DNA of 63,751 nt, filler included, from Octopus bimaculoides (lineage: Eukaryota): assembly GCF_001194135.2 (NCBI RefSeq). It is 7 parts of 6 records of this genome, joined end to end, with 100 filler letters (N's around TTAATTAATTAA, not from the genome) between each part and the next. Parts side by side here need not be neighbours in the genome. Positions count along the whole stretch, not along the records: positions 1 to 17,047 come from NC_068984.1; 6 more parts are not named here. One strand, given 5' to 3'. Position 1 is the stretch's first letter; the number at the start of each line of letters is the position of its first letter. Below, piece after piece: positions 1 through 12,440 of this stretch. The position numbers and the translations under genes were made by a program. A model generated the notes under the pieces. That model was given only the letters and a program-made list of their open reading frames with translations, was not told the origin of the DNA and did not search any database.

Positions 1-40
<40 letters not shown>

Positions 41-585
41 TGAAATAAGTAAATAAATTCATATGCAGACACGCGTATATGAGTATGTATCCACATACAT
101 AAACATGACCGTAACAGTTGGATTACATTTTCGTACCCTAACAAATGTATTGTTAATAGTCACATCTGGTGGACATAGCAAAGATTGTTAATGTATTTGT
201 ATGTCTACATCTGATAAATGTGTTTTCGAGAATCATCCTATATTTAATACTATATTTAATTCTATGCCAAACGTTTTTTTTCTCTAATTATCCGCTATAT
301 GCTTTATCAATGTAGCCTTTAATGAAACTTATACTATGTAGAGATANNNNNNNNNNNNNNNNNNNNNNNNNNNNNNNNNNNNNNNNNNNNNNNNNNNNNN
401 NNNNNNNNNNNNNNNNNNNNNNNNNNNNNNNNNNNNNNNNNNNNNNNNNNNNNNNNNNNNNNNNNNNNNNNNNNNNNNNNNNNNNNNNNNNNNNNNNNNN
501 NNNNNNNNNNNGTATATTTATGTATATATAAATATAAGCAGAGAATGCTGCAGAATGATAGATAAATATTTATCTATTTACCAAC

Positions 586-625
<40 letters not shown>

Positions 626-672
626 ATATTTATCTATCTATCTATCTATCTATTTATCTATCTATCTATATA
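586..672. repeat. (TATC)n microsatellite
   Basis: Direct tetranucleotide run; explains the IYLS-repeat ORF at 555-797. Confidence 0.95.
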
Positions 673-2929
673 TTTATCTTTCACCATCTGCCATTTTGTA
701 TACGTGTGTGTGCATTTCTGTTTTTGATTTCGTGCATTTACATATACATGAACGTACGTATGTGTCTTCTAAAGCGAGGAATTGCATGTCATTTTAATTA
801 TCAACGCTAACATTGCATTTCGTATTCCTGCAGTCGGCCATTAATTTGTTTTATTCGTCGGCGATCAGATCATTCGCCATTTACTGTTATAATGAAACTC
901 ATGTCAGTTATGCAGCCTATAACTACATGCAGAATTACTCTTCCTAAGGAATCGCTGCTTTCCTCCACATCCTTCCCAACGCCATATATCCATCGACAGC
1001 TAGAATCCTAGTAGGAAGCAATCAATGGAATCACGTTTCACAACAGATATATTGAAAGGGGATGTACTCATTGCACGCAAACTATTTCATATCAAGCGTT
1101 CAGATTAAACCGAAATATCTAAGTAGTTAGATAGGTTGAGACCTATTATAAAATTTTATCAAACTGTTGTTATTTACTAAATTTTCTGAGAAATGTTTCT
1201 TCTCCGCAAAAATGCAAGTTGTTTTTTCTGTCTTTTAATCTGCAGTCAAATCTACATGCTACCTCAAACATGGCGTCGAAATCGTGATACGATGAAAGAT
1301 TTACTTGGGAATTTTGAAAGAATAAGAATATATATTAAAAGTAATACAATCTAAAAAACTTTAATCGATGAAATAAAAATGTAATCGAAAGTGTAAAGCA
1401 AAGTAAGAAAACTAATTATGAACGGATCTTTCGCTGAAATTGCTTCTTTACGAACATAGTACAGTTTGGAATAAAACTAGAGTTTTGAAATCAGATGGAG
1501 ATATAAGAGAAATGTGAATTTGATAACCAAGAACTTTCATGGTGAGTACGATATTATTATAAATATTTCACCAGGAAGTAAATTCGATCCAACGAAATCG
1601 TTTCTGACAGAAAAAAAAAGTAAAGTAAAAATTGTCTTCGGATGTATATAGATGTATTAACTTTAAATGAATAGGAAACAGGATGTTATGAGCCTCATAC
1701 CTTTCTCTAGGAAATTAACGACAGATAGGAAATGAATTGGTTTAAATTGAAATTAAAGCGACATTCATTTACAATAACAAGATTATCTCTTGCTCAAAGG
1801 CGTTCAACTTAACCCTTAATCTAAATAATGCGGACAGCTAAAGTTGACAGATCGACTCACAAATCTTTAGGCTTCCAAATTTGTGGGATAAGCGAAATGT
1901 GAAGTTGTGAGGTACATGTCTCTTTTAAGTGGAATTAAGGCGTATCTTACACATTTCCAATAGTATATAGATGCAGGTGAAAATTAAAATAAACATCTGA
2001 TTCCTTTTAGCCGAGAAAGAGAGCCTAATAGCTTCAATGCAAATTAGCCTCATAAATATAGTGAATAAGCTAAAACGTAGAATTAAAACGAGGCTATATG
2101 TTCTTACTGAAGAAATTATTACTGTTATTCAAGAGCAACGTAATTAGTGGTAAACTATAGTGGACTGAAACGAATCCTATCCGTAAGGTGTCAATACCAG
2201 TATATAAAGATGGAGAGGTTTAATGTAGTTTGAAAATGTCGGCAGAAGTACTGGTGGGATGTTCCTCGCCTAATAGCATTGAATAAGTGGAGGATGTATT
2301 TTGGTCGTTTCCTTATCTTTTATTATTTTGCAAGTAATGGACAATCTGTATTGTGTTTTCTAGAAGTTCTGCTGCTTTTATTATTTAACCGTCAAGACAG
2401 CTTTTATCGTACAAATCTAAGATCAAATGCGTTCTTATCTGTGAATATCACGTTTTGGAAAAAAGTACAGTGTAACAGGTCCTCCCTTTGAATGACGAGA
2501 GGGTATGATGTGAGAGTGATTTGACTGACATTCATAGATCATATGACCAAAGAAAGGATTCATGAAAGCTGTGGATAATTCAACTTGAATTCCTGATGTT
2601 TGATTCATGGAATGAAGGAATCTAGTTCCGTTGAGAAATCATTACAACTTCATTTAATTAGATGTCGATTGTAGAAATATTGAGAGAAAGAAAAAAATAA
2701 ATATAGGGTCTGGTAGATTTCTGTTTCAAACGAGCAAAAGCCATTGCTGCCGTGGTCAAAGAAGAAAAGAAACAAAACAGTGCCCATGCTAACCAGCATT
2801 TAGGATTTGATGTAGAGAGAATATTTGTCAGTCAGTCATTTTATTTATTTTGCCTCTGCCTGGTCAAAATGGGCACTTAATACCTTAACATTCACCCAAC
2901 AAGCCCCTTCGAAAATTTTAAACGACTCT

Positions 2930-3300
2930 TTTTATATTGTATGATGTCTGTAATTGCGATATTTAATATTCCACTTTACTTTTGAATTGACATCACTTAG
3001 AGACTTCAAGATCTGATTACTATTTCCAACAGCTCTAGCACCTTTTTGTATGTTCTCTTCTTGAATGATTAGATCGGCTGTGTTACTGTATTCCACTAAT
3101 ATTCTTTTCTATGCAAGTCAACGTGTTCATCTATATTTGCAGTTATGATTAAAATATCTTTCTCCATAAAAGAAACTATCTCGGTGATATCATTCCACTT
3201 GTTATAAATTCATGCTATTTGGCTTGAAAGTTCTTGGTTACGATTTCTTACTTCAGGTGAATATATTGGTTATGATTTCTTAGTCCAGGTGAATTTATTG
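2930..3300 (-). mobile_element. Highly degraded AP-endonuclease-like fragment of a non-LTR retrotransposon
   Basis: Minus-strand translation gives broken motifs resembling GDFN-H...SDH (YGERYFNH, NYRHHTI) with many stops; weak. Confidence 0.3.
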
Positions 3301-4044
3301 GCACACCATAATTTTGTGTGTGGTTTTCTCTCTCCATGGTTAGGCTTTCTCTTTTGCATTAATACCTATTGTCAACTTAGCGACTATCATCTGTTTTGTT
3401 AGGTTTCGGGCAGTTCTGAACAGCAACTTCTATAGACGTTTGTTTTATTGTCGTTTGAGGTAGGAATGAAGCTTCTGGACATGTGAGTATCAGTTTTTAT
3501 TTCATTAAATTTTAATTCATTAGCTGAAATCTATATATTATAATATAAATGTAACATTTGAATGTGTATGAAACCACTGGATTTATTTTCATTAAATCAA
3601 TGACGATATAGTGCAAGTAAATTTTAATAATTATCTGTTCACTTCAACCGCTTGTCTAAATTGTTACAAATTACTTTTTATAATAGTATAGTTTACATAT
3701 CAAATGTTTGTAAACAAATGATACGCGTCAGATTATTTTAGGGTTTGACAGTAACTTTATAGAGTAGCAATTATAATGAAGTTATAATAATTCACATGTC
3801 TGCAATATATTTGTATAAAAAGCCAGATATTTTTCTTTTTAAAATTTAAATGACCATACGTATCTCTTAACTAAAGACATACTTCTAGTACAGGTTTTCT
3901 CATCTGCAATATTGTATACCAGGCAGTCTCCCATAGTTAGAGTAAAACGATTCTGTAATTTCTTACTGTAGAACCTACACAAATAATTTGTTTATAGTGA
4001 AGAAATGTATGCGCTGCACGTTAGCTAACTCCTTCATCAAATCG

Positions 4045-4210
4045 ACATTTCCTAGACGGGTGCTCAGTATACCACACGCCAGGTGTCGAAGCGATCGTAG
4101 AGCAACGAAGATGAAGTATTTTGCCTAAGAGCACAACACACTACCTAGTCTAGGAACTGAGACCACGATATCGCAATCGTGAGTACAGCATATCAACCAC
4201 TAAACCATGC
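4045..4210 (-). mobile_element. tRNA-derived SINE head (family B-like), 5' part only
   Basis: Reverse complement begins cgcatggtttagtggttgatatgctgtactcacgattgcgatatcgtggtctcagttcc, an A-box/B-box-like tRNA head similar to 6090-6470 and 30831-31150. Confidence 0.7.
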
Positions 4211-5595
4211 GAATATATGCATTGCATTATATGTATGCATCCATATATATATATATATATATGTATATATAGATGTATGTATATATATATATATATATNN
4301 NNNNNNNNNNNNNNNNNNNNNNNNNNNNNNNNNNNNNNNNNNNNNNNNNNNNNNNNNNNNNNNNNNNNNNNNNNNNNNNNNNNNNNNNNNNNNNNNNNNN
4401 NNNNNNNNNNNNNNNNNNNNNNNNNNNNNNNNNNNNNNNNNNNNNNNNNNNNNNNNNNNNNNNNNNNNNNNNNNNNNNNNNNNNNNNNNNNNNNNNNNNN
4501 NNNNNNNNNNNNNNNNNNNNNNNNNNNNNNNNNNNNNNNNNNNNNNNNNNNNNNATATATATACATATGAATACACACACGCATATATATATATATATAT
4601 GTATATATAGATGTATGTATATATATATATATATATCAACACTCAAACACATACTTTTCTAAATATACTGAACCAGTTTTTATCGATGCAGATCAATACA
4701 AATCTCATCAAATTTCCAGTGTTTTACCTTGAATTAAACGATACATACACTTCTTCCTCCTAAATATAAGATCAAGTATGACTTCCTGCTATTCTATGGT
4801 TATTCCTATAAATTACTGCTATGCAGTTGCTTAAGAGAAGCATTGCAACGCTGCAATAGTGGAATGTAGCCAATAACCAGAACACAAGATCCACTGGCTT
4901 GTTTTATATTTCCTACACTTGAATTGTTAACTACACAGCGTATGAAATCATTCATTTTATGTATGTTAACTTTGATTTACTGTGAAGATGGTTTTGGTTT
5001 AAAATGTAAGTTAATGTGAGCATATTCTCAGCAAATCAACCATCCTAATTTCAATTCTCCTTGGAAGTTCCTCAAGCCTCTAATTCAGGCGTGTATATAT
5101 CTGATAAAAGAATAGACAGAATATCTAATGTTATAAAATCAGAATACTATGTTGCTTTGACAAAACCCAAAGCAGTTAATTTTAATTCTATTTGGAAGTG
5201 CAATAGATAATTATGCCACTATCAGATAAACGAATTACCTGATCATTTCCCCTCATTACACTGTTTTGGTCTACAAAGTCTTCTTGGTGTGACTAAATAT
5301 ACTTAAATATATAGAGGGAAAATATATTCTCGATGCGTGTCAAGTTATATAAACTGCAGCTTTACATGGAAAGAGGCAAGTTCTAATTTTGAAGAGAAAC
5401 TAACGAAACATGGCATTCGCTCTGTTTTATCGTAGATTTAAGTGTTTCGAAAGTTTTTAAGCGATTCTTTTAAAAAATATAAACTTAAATACGTAACCAT
5501 CCCTAAAGGAAAAATAAATACGTGGAAATACACAAATAGCAATGTGCTGATAGGTGAGGGGAAAATATTTATCTGCGATATTATTTCTTACCTAA

Positions 5596-6057
5596 GGCGG
5601 TGAGCTGGTAGAATAGTTACTACGTCAGGAAAAAGGATAAGCGGCATTTCTTCCAAATTTACGTTATGAATTCAAATGCCACCAGAACCGACTTTGTCTA
5701 TCATCCCTTCTGGGTCGATAAAATATATGTACAGCTTATCACTGGGGTCGATGTAATCGACTTGCTCGTCTCCCGAAAATGCTAGCCTTGTGCCAATATT
5801 TGTAGCCAGTATTATTCTTATCTAAGTCGGTGAGCTGGCAGAATCGTTTTACTGCGCCGGAAAAAAATCTTAATGTTTGATGGCCTTTCTTCTAGCTTTT
5901 CTTTCACATTTCAAATGCGGCCGTGGTCGACTTTGTATTTCATTCTTTCGGTGTTGATAAAATAACTACTTGTTAAACACTGGCTTTAATATAATCGACT
6001 TATCACCTCCATCAAAGTTGCTGGACTTCTGCCAAAATTTGGTACCGATGTTATTCC
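5596..6057 (+). mobile_element. Two head-to-tail copies of SINE family A (~220 bp each; 5596-5815 and 5826-6057)
   Basis: Each starts ggtgagctgg(c/t)agaat (A-box-like), has a ttcaaatgc B-box-like core and tcgact..ggggtcgat body; same family as 29006-29225. Confidence 0.85.
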
Positions 6058-6090
6058 AGACCAGTCACATTTGACAAACCATTGCTTAGT

Positions 6091-6470
6091 TGTTGGCACT
6101 CCGTCGCTTACGACGTCGAGGGTTCCAGTTGATCCGATCAACAGAACAGCCTGCTCGTAAAATTAACGTGCAAGTGGCTGAGTACTCCACAGCCACGTGT
6201 ACTCTTAACGTAGTTCTCGGGGATATTCAGCGTGACACAGTGTGACAAGGCTGACCCTTTGAATTACAGGCACAACAGAAACAGCAAGTAAGAGTGAAAG
6301 AAAGTTGTGGTGGAAGAGTACAGCAGGGTTCGTCACCATCGCCTGCCGGAGCCTCGTGGAGCTTTAGGTGTTTTCGCTCAATAAACACTCACAACGCCTG
6401 TTCTGGGAGTCGAAACCGCGATCCTATGACCGCGAGTCCGCTGCCCTAACCACTGGGCCGTTGCGCCTCC
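6091..6470 (-). mobile_element. Full-length tRNA-derived SINE family B (~380 bp) with 11-bp target-site duplication
   Basis: Minus strand starts ggaggcgcaacggcccagtggttagggcagcggactcgcggtcataggatcgcggtttcgactccc (tRNA-like) and ends gagtgccaacaa; CATTGCTTAGT at 6080-6090 and 6472-6482. Confidence 0.92.
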
Positions 6471-7851
6471 TCATTGCTTAGTAGAAGATAAAAATAAACG
6501 ATATGCAAATGGTATAAAATGAACCCCTGTTACAGAATTTGGAAAAAATACCAAATGCTTCAACATTTTATGTTTTTAGTTCCATATGTCAATGGTTTGG
6601 TTTCAAATGTATTTTCTCTCTCTTTCTCTCTCGGTCTATAGAAGTATAATTTAGTTTCCTATAAGTAGTTGTTTCCGTCACCTAGATATATATTTTATAT
6701 ATTCACCGTTAATGAATGAAGCCATAACATGATACTTACAAAATTTATTTATATTTTATTAAAAGTATTATCTTAGAAAGTCTTTTTGCAAAATTATTTT
6801 AAAGAAACAGCTGGATATTTTATCTGTATTAACGTTTTGTAGTGTAATAAAAATATAGAAACCACAATACGTAGACAGCCATAAATAGAAGATCTATCTA
6901 TCTGCCTATTATGGTGTGTCATTGCGCACGCGTGCGTATTAGCATGTAATGTTTGCTCGCGCGCGTATGTTTTGATTTACGACTCTGGGAAGAAAATAAG
7001 GGATTTAGTAGACCAGTTTCGAATAAACTGTTAAAATCTATACCAGAAGTTATTTATAAAGTCACTCTTTAAATGTACTTTAGTAACTCAGATAATGCGA
7101 TTTCTATAAACTAAGTCATTCTAAGTAGCACCTTGGCGTCACTGGTATGTTAACAGTGATAAGATATTACAATGTATTGAAGAATACATTTGATAGACGT
7201 TTAACCAACAAAATATCTGTAGATGGATCTAAACAGCGTTTAGTTAATACGGCCAGCATCACTATGTATTATTCTAAGATTTCACCATCAACTTAGAAAC
7301 CTTTTTTCTTAACAATCTACGAAGCTATTATTTTCAAAGCCTTTATTAATAACTGATTCAAAAAATGGAATAATGAGATTAACGTACTACGAATATATTA
7401 AACGTGCTAACAGTCATAAAGGCGGAAATTTATGCAAATCCGCCTTTCTGATTGACCTAAGCGCTTATTGACAGGGGCTTTATAAATTTATTCTTCATGG
7501 ATGTTTCAGGTGCTTTAAGAAATATAAAGATACACACTATAGTGGCTCTAGAACTAGGAATACTTAAGCAGAGAATAATCTACACGCATGATAACATATA
7601 CTCTTGTCGGAATTTTCTACATACATTAAGTCAAAGGCAAGCTATGCGCTTTAATGTGATTGTACTTATCAGAAATTTCGGCAATACCGTTGCACACTAG
7701 ATTAGATACAGTCATTAAAGCTAAGACATAAAGAAACCTATTAATCATTACCCAAAATATCGTCATATATAAGTGAAAGTTGCCACCTCTAATTAAAACG
7801 GAGAAAAAAAAGACTTACGGTCGATTAAAATAGATTTTGTGTTTTTGTATG

Positions 7852-7890
<39 letters not shown>

Positions 7891-8072
7891 ACAGACATAT
7901 ATATATATAAACTTGGAAATGGATACGTGTCGTTCGATCATATAATAATATAGGTAGTATATATATATATATGCATATATACACACATACATGTACATCC
8001 CTACATATATATGGGTACAGGACAAAAAAACGTGAACAAAATGAGAAACGAGAACATAACAATCAAAAGCAT

Positions 8073-8160
8073 GGACAACGAACATTTTTTCGAACAGCGA
8101 AAGAAACAAATAGAGAAACGAGGAAGGCAACATAAAGAACATTCCCTTCATCAGTTGTCC
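8073..8160 (-). ncRNA. Degenerate type I hammerhead ribozyme-like motif with long stem II
   Basis: GGACAA-CUGAUGA-[~59 nt]-GAAA-AAAUGU-UC-G-UUGUCC; stem I GGACAA/UUGUCC but with a 1-nt register defect and weak stem II. Confidence 0.4.
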
Positions 8161-8329
8161 CCTATTTTATCTACTCCGCGTTTCGAAGGTAGGGACAAGA
8201 CGCGAATTCGTTAAAACAGCCCTTCCCGCAAAGCAAATTAAATAAAATTTGGGATTTTTTGCGAATGGTTAAAGTGGTAACAAACAGAAGACAGTAAGAA
8301 CAAAACAGTAAAAACAAACGGTGAGGCTT

Positions 8330-8556
8330 TAGAAAAAGACACTTGTCCAAGGTGCCACGCAGAGGGACTGAACACTGAAGCATGTGGTTGGGAAGTAAGC
8401 AACCGAGCCAAAGCTCCCCCTTAATCTAAGGGGGACTGGAGCAATGTGAAACGTAGTGTTTTTCTGCAGAACAGAACGAGCTGTCCGGTCTGGTAATCGA
8501 ACTAAAGATCTAGCAATCGTTAGTGCTACATCCTAACCACTAGACCACGCGCCTTC
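8330..8556 (-). mobile_element. Two SINE head fragments (family C-like 8330-8400; family B-like 8430-8556)
   Basis: Reverse complements match the heads at 34243-34320 and 30831-30900. Confidence 0.65.
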
Positions 8557-8598
8557 ACATATAACATATTTAGTATTTTCATGTATGAAATAATATAC

Positions 8599-8641
<43 letters not shown>

Positions 8642-8692
8642 TGTGCGTGTGTGAAATAATACACACACACACACCACATACACAAACGCCCG

Positions 8693-8746
<54 letters not shown>

Positions 8747-9515
8747 ATATAATACATATAATATGTGGGAGAGTGTATAATTGGATGAAGATTACTAAGA
8801 AAAATGCTTTCAGCCGTAAAATGATATCAGTCTTATTTGAATCTCCAATTCCATTAGTAAAACTTATCTCTTATGATACAATATGTTTTTTTTTTTGCTT
8901 TTTGAGTATCTTTATTGAAATATTTTTCTTTAGCCACGTTTTTCACCAGTATGATACCTCATCAAACCAATGTATTTTTATGTTGTATCGTTTTTGTAGT
9001 TCTAATTTTAAATGATGCCCTGAATAATTTTGAGCGTTTATCATACCATTTATCACTTACAAAGTGTGTAAAATTGTGACTTCAACCTATGTTAGTGTGT
9101 GAAGACAGATATCTAGTAAGAGATAAGGCGATGACGTAGCTTCTCCATTGTCGGTCATCTTGCTACAAAGAGGAACAATATTTCCTTGAAATCACATCAT
9201 AATGTCCTCATTTCAGAAATGAATGATATACTTGATAATGTAATCGTAGATTTAACCCTAAATAGATAGTATCGTCATGGATGGAATGCATTGGATCATA
9301 GAATGTAGAAAATATGCTTCAAAACTTAGTATAAACTTTGATGTACGTGTGTAGCAAAGGTAAAGCTTGCAAATTAATTCATAAGGGTTTTTCCATAGAT
9401 AAAATAAAAAGAATATCGTAAAAAAATTTGGAAAACTAAATAAATACAAAGACTTGGTGATAGGCATTGAGACAATGTGGCAGACTAAAACGAAAAGAGT
9501 TAAACTCATTATAGG

Positions 9516-9880
9516 TTGTTGGCACTCCGTCGCTTACGACGTCGAGGGTTCCAGTTGATCCGATCAACGGAACAGCCTGCTCGTAAAATTAACGTGCAAG
9601 TGGCTGAGCACTCCACAGACACGTGTACCCTTAACGTAGTTCTCGGGGATATTCAGCGTGACAAGGCTGAACCTTTGAATTGCAGGTACAACAGAAACAG
9701 TAAGTGAGAGAGAGTCGTGCTGAAAGAGTACAGCAGGTTTCTCCACCATCCCCTGCCGGAGCCTCGTGGAGCTTGAGGTGTTTTCGCTCAATAAACACTC
9801 ACAACGCCCGGTCTGGGAATCGAAACTGCGATTCTATTACCGCGAGTCCGCTGCTCTAACCACTGGGCCATTGCGCTTCC
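9516..9880 (-). mobile_element. Full-length SINE family B
   Basis: Near-identical to 6091-6470; imperfect TSD actcattatag (9504-9514) / actccttgtag (9881-9891). Confidence 0.92.
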
Positions 9881-10094
9881 ACTCCTTGTAGTTACCCTGT
9901 GGATTATAAGAGAAAGATATGAGGAGCATCACAGTAACCTTGCAAGTGATCCATCTCTCTAACAATTTAAAAGTTGTAGCGAACACAATCATTACGATAT
10001 AAACATGAATTACATAGTAATATAAATAGATACAATATACCACGTAGCCCCTTGATGCCTAGTTTAATTTATACTTAATTTACCTTTACATTTC

Positions 10095-10315
10095 AAGGCA
10101 GTGAGCTGGCATCGTCGTTAGCGCGTCTGGCAAAATGGTTAACCGCATTTTGTCCGTCTTTACATTCTGAGTTTAAATTACCCCCGAGTCGGCTTTGCCG
10201 CCCATCCTTCCAGGGGTCGATAAAGTAAGTATTAGTTAAGTAATTGGGTACTTAACTGATACCTATTTTGTCCCCTCTAAGGAATTGCTGGCCTAGTGCA
10301 AATATTTGAAACGGG
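10095..10315 (+). mobile_element. SINE family A
   Basis: ggcagtgagctggca...ctgagtttaaatt...gtcggctttgcc...ggggtcgataa...ttgctggcctagtgc. Confidence 0.8.
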
Positions 10316-11039
10316 GTATACTTTTACATTTCATCATTCATCCTCAAAATGTACATGCTAACCATTTATTCCAGTAAATGTGTTTTCATGGCACCCCATC
10401 ATGCAGTTCGCTAGCACTACTCAGTCATTTATCATCTCTTGCGCAAGATATCTCAGATAGTGATTGTATAAACTCGGTAAAAGAAAAAAATAACAATATT
10501 GATAATACTAATAATAATAATAATTTAGACTTCGCAGTTTATAAGATCGTGGAGTATAGGTAAAGAAAATTGAGATCATTCAGATTTGTCACGATCTAAC
10601 TAGTGAGGTGAAGAGATTGTTGAAGACAAAGGTGACAAAAGTGGTGTTTCGTCAACTTAGCACAACACCCAAACTGCTATATAAGTGATAGAAGAACATT
10701 GGAAATCAGTCGTCCGGTATTTTGCCAGTATCTGAAGAGTCTTGAATTTTGTGGAGACTTGTCACTATGCCTTACGGTAACATTCCTCCTAATTAAACTA
10801 GTATGTCTAATAATAACCATTCCTAATTTAGGCATAAGGCCATCGGTTTTAAGGCGGCAGCGGATCTTAGCAGTTGCCATCGAACCAAGTATATGACCGG
10901 TTCTTTATTCTATCCACTCCGGAGGGAATAAGAGCAAAAAGCTAACATCTGGATCTGAACTCAGTAAGTAAAGAATCGGGAGATTTTTCAGTTGGAATTT
11001 CTTCCGAAGTATTAACGGTTCTGCTCACCACCATAAGTA

Positions 11040-11195
11040 CAACATCACCACCAACAAATAGTAATAATAATGATGATGTTGATGATGATGATGGTGATGA
11101 CGATGACGACAACGACGGCGACGATGATGATAATGATGACGATTACGACGACAGTAACGACAACGACGACCTTGATGATAATGATTGGTGATAAA
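11040..11195. repeat. Mixed (ATG)/(ACG)/(ATA) trinucleotide repeat
   Basis: Direct observation; source of the M/T-rich and H/R-rich spurious ORFs. Confidence 0.9.
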
Positions 11196-11269
11196 TATGA
11201 CGTCAGCGGGAAAGGAAACATACAGTGTCAAGGCAAAGAATATAGAAAAACCGAGAAAAACTGAAAAAA

Positions 11270-12440
11270 GGAAATTCTAATTGCTGAAAGGTTTAGGGAT
11301 ATAGTAGTAAGGATTGCAAAACTTGAAAGAGTAACGAAGAGTTACCGAGAAAATTACCGTCATTAAGAGAAATCGAAAAGGGCAATTTATTCTTCGTAGA
11401 AGGAAAATTTAATGGCATCCTGGAAAAGATATGCATAAATAACCACTCCGATTCCAATGATCTGCTGCGTTAGGGAGCTGAACTTGTCACATAAATATTA
11501 GGGGTTGACTTTAAAATAAAAACCAAAGAAAATAAAGCTAAATTGTAAGAAGAGACTGGGAGGAAATTTAAAAGAACTCAAAAAAGATTCAAGTCAGCTT
11601 CCCTAATTTCCTAAACGAATATGAAAATCCAACTTTCTGAAAATATAGCAGCTAAAGGTGTACAAATTGTAATGAAAAAAACAAATAAACAAAATAAGAA
11701 TCAGGCCTAAAATATAGAATTTAAATATATACCTACAGGGAAAACGTTAGTATTAAAAATCAATCTTGTTGAGAAGCGAAAGAAAATTCTATGGACAGTT
11801 TAACTGCTATGGAAAGAAAAGAAAAATAAATTAAGAGTCAATTGCTGATAAATCAAATTAATTATGGTTAGCATTGGAGCAGGAAGCTGAAACAGGAAAA
11901 AATACGTTGAGTAGATATAGTAGTGGTAAGATTTGATATATTTCGTATAAGGAAGAATTAAAGCATAGACTGAAGAAATGTATAATCTCCAGCCTAGATG
12001 GCGTTCAATGCTTCCGGTTATTAAAAAAAAAGGAACATACAAGTGTGTATCTGCACTTATCAAAATCGGAGAGAAGAAAATGGAAAAGTGCTTGTATTAT
12101 GAATAAAACGAAATAAGCTGTAATGAAATGACAAGCTTAATACATGAGAAACTAAATATAAAATAGATTCCTGATGGGATGTACCTTTTCCTGGTTAGAG
12201 AAAACATATAAACCGAAAGAAAAAATGTATTGATGCCGAAGGAACAATGGGATGTTTTTGAACTACAGTTATTGTTTTGTAATAAATATGATAATTAAGA
12301 GTACGTTAAATTGTTGTTTAGCAAAGGATCACTTTTAATTGAGCAACATTTAAAACCATAACCAACTCGTATTTCACGTACTGTGTTTTTTACTTTTTTT
12401 AAAGACAATTGGTGTGATTTGATGGAAATGCAGCTGTTAT
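11270..12440 (+). mobile_element. Ancient R4/Dong-type non-LTR retrotransposon fragment (pre-RT region to about RT motif 3)
   Basis: Interrupted translation gives DLLR*GAELVT*ILG, ISSLDGVQCFRLLKK (cf. KSPG.DG.QNFWLKK) and AKDHFLIEQHL (cf. CKDQLLID..IL). Confidence 0.5.

Noticed and set aside
2279-2491. 70-aa ORF in non-repetitive-looking DNA
   Set aside because: No recognisable motif, and its length is within chance expectation.
6400-6470. tRNA-like sequence with A and B boxes (also 9810-9880, 30831-30900, 34243-34300)
   Set aside because: These are SINE heads continuous with SINE bodies, without a complete cloverleaf; not tRNA genes.
7421-7444. Small GGCGG/CCGCC hairpin enclosing the octamer ATGCAAAT (another octamer at ~6504)
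   Set aside because: An 8-mer is expected by chance in 64 kb of AT-rich DNA, and there is no promoter or snRNA context.
10728-10770. CUGAAGA-GUCUUG...GAGA-CUUG-UC, plus TGTCAC...GGTAACA ends resembling a solo LTR (10587-10782)
   Set aside because: GAAA is mutated and the stems do not pair; the LTR reading has no TSD, PBS or PPT.
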